In this document: piece after piece, positions 62,836 to 64,000 of the stretch
Layout: each line of letters begins with the position of its first letter
Numbering within the stretch: the first letter of the stretch is position 1
Assembly: GCA_964561765.1 (NCBI GenBank)
Contig: CAZLQI010000011.1
Coordinates: 5,955 to 69,954 of the forward strand
Direction: 5' to 3'
DNA from: an uncultured Chromatiales bacterium
GTDB taxonomy: Bacteria > Pseudomonadota > Gammaproteobacteria > DATFLL01
DNA length: 64,000 nucleotides
Position numbers and translations under genes: made by a program
The notes under the pieces: model-generated
What the model was told of the DNA's origin: nothing
What the model saw: the letters and a program-made list of their open reading frames with translations, nothing else
Database searches by the model: none

Positions 62836-63480
62836 ATGAATACCTATTACGCCCGGGCACGCTACCTGACAAGCGCCCCCACTCTGACCGGCGCCCCACC
62901 CGATGAGGGCCGGGAGGTGGCCTTTGCCGGTCGGTCCAATGCGGGTAAATCCAGCGCACTCAATGCCCTCACCCGTCAACGGGCCTTGGCGCGCACCAGC
63001 AAGACCCCCGGGCGCACCCAATTGCTCAATTTCTTCTCCCTCGATGACGACCATCGCCTAGTCGATCTGCCGGGCTATGGTTTTGCACGAGTACCCGAGG
63101 CGGTCAAACGGCGCTGGCAACTCGCCATGGCTGACTATCTTAACCGACGTTGCTCACTGGTGGGATTGATCCTGATCATGGATCTACGACATCCGCTCAG
63201 CCCTTTTGACCAGCAGATGCTCGATGGCTGCCAGCACAGCACCCTGCCCGTCCACATCCTGCTCAACAAGGCAGACAAGCTCAAGCGTGGCCCCGCCCTC
63301 AATACCCTGCATGCCGTACGCCGCACCCTGTCCGAGTATACGCAGGTCAGCGTACAGCTATTCTCGGCGACCCGACCCCTGGGCGTCGATGAGGCCCATG
63401 CGGTGCTCGATGACTGGCTTGGGCTGGGTGACGGTGCCCCGCCCGCTCAGCCCGGACGGACAAACCAACAGACCCAATAG
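62836..63480 (+). CDS. engB: GTP-binding protein EngB/YihA
   Basis: [27 protein letters not shown]. Confidence 0.96.
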   Translation: MNTYYARARYLTSAPTLTGAPPDEGREVAFAGRSNAGKSSALNALTRQRALARTSKTPGRTQLLNFFSLDDDHRLVDLPGYGFARVPEAVKRRWQLAMADYLNRRCSLVGLILIMDLRHPLSPFDQQMLDGCQHSTLPVHILLNKADKLKRGPALNTLHAVRRTLSEYTQVSVQLFSATRPLGVDEAHAVLDDWLGLGDGAPPAQPGRTNQQTQ

Positions 63481-63550
63481 AACCTGTTCCATTCAGGGGA
63501 GGAGGGAGGGAGTAGGTGAAACCAGCAGGCCGCCGGTACGGGTAGAGTGT

Positions 63551-63594
63551 AAAAAAAAGCCCCGGCCAATTAGGGGGAGGGAGGGTCCGGGGCT
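63551..63594 (-). terminator. Rho-independent terminator
   Basis: Minus strand AGCCCCGGACC...GGCCGGGGCT followed by a T run. Confidence 0.8.
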
Positions 63595-63670
63595 CAATGT
63601 GTCCGGCCTTGGGTGCCGGACCTAGCAGTTCCCCGCCAGGGAGAGCAGGCGGGAAGGGTGTAAAACACCT
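63551..63670 (-). ncRNA. Candidate sRNA at the Spot42/ErsA position (about 120 nt)
   Basis: sigmaE-like promoter upstream, two internal hairpins, terminator with U8 tail, convergent on engB. Confidence 0.55.
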
Positions 63671-63676
63671 GACTAA

Positions 63677-63703
63677 ATAGACCAAAGGTCTAGGGAATGG
63701 TTC
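63677..63703 (-). promoter_or_regulatory. sigmaE/AlgU-type promoter
   Basis: Minus strand GAACCA-N16-TCTAT versus GAACTT-N16-TCTRA. Confidence 0.55.
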
Positions 63704-64000
63704 AGCATATTCCCGAAAATTTTTGCTTATCAACCCTGCTTTAGCACAAACACTCAAGAAACAATCAGTTAGGCAACACTCGTATCACGAAGAACCATCA
63801 ACCCTGTCACGACGCCTTATCACATCACGAAACGGCGGCCCCATCGCGTTATACGTACTGGTATTGAGACGGTCGCAGGTGAAAAAAGTTCACCCCGCAC
63901 AGGTGCTGTCGGACACATTCCACCCGTCTGTGGCTTTACATCAGTCAAAGGGCCATCTCCGGCAAAGTCCCCGCCAGCGCGTCAAGCCCAGTGTTGCACT

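Noticed and set aside
1-64000. CRISPR arrays, tRNA/rRNA, prophage, integrase or defence genes
   Set aside because: No regularly spaced repeats, cloverleaf motifs or such ORFs recognised by eye

Overview
GC-rich chromosomal segment of a proteobacterium. Gene order (argS-priA; engB-cytochrome c4-dsbA-EEP-GGDEF) suggests a gammaproteobacterium, possibly chemolithotrophic (inference). From left to right: (1) a sigma54/NtrC-type nitrogen-scavenging operon urtABCDE-ureD-ureA-cynS-ureB-ureC, with cyanase inserted among the urease structural genes and an IS256 remnant beside it; (2) tatA, Nudix, MscS, CBS genes and an orphan binding protein plus GGDEF-EAL pair behind a FliA-like promoter; (3) a TetR-YbhGFSR-like exporter behind a 48-bp perfect palindrome, FetAB-like ABC, speE/speA, OmpA, SPOR, argS, priA; (4) a DnaA-box cluster; (5) an accessory block with an NsrR-like regulator facing a DUF2249/membrane/DUF59 operon, a CzcCBA-type pump with a PII-like gene, and cadR-cadA; (6) cytochrome c, a diguanylate cyclase, an OgdA-like ThDP enzyme, dsbA, System II cytochrome c maturation genes, cytochrome c4, engB and a candidate sigmaE-dependent sRNA. 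No rRNA, tRNA, CRISPR array or intact mobile element was seen. Family assignments come from motif recognition and recall, not database searches.
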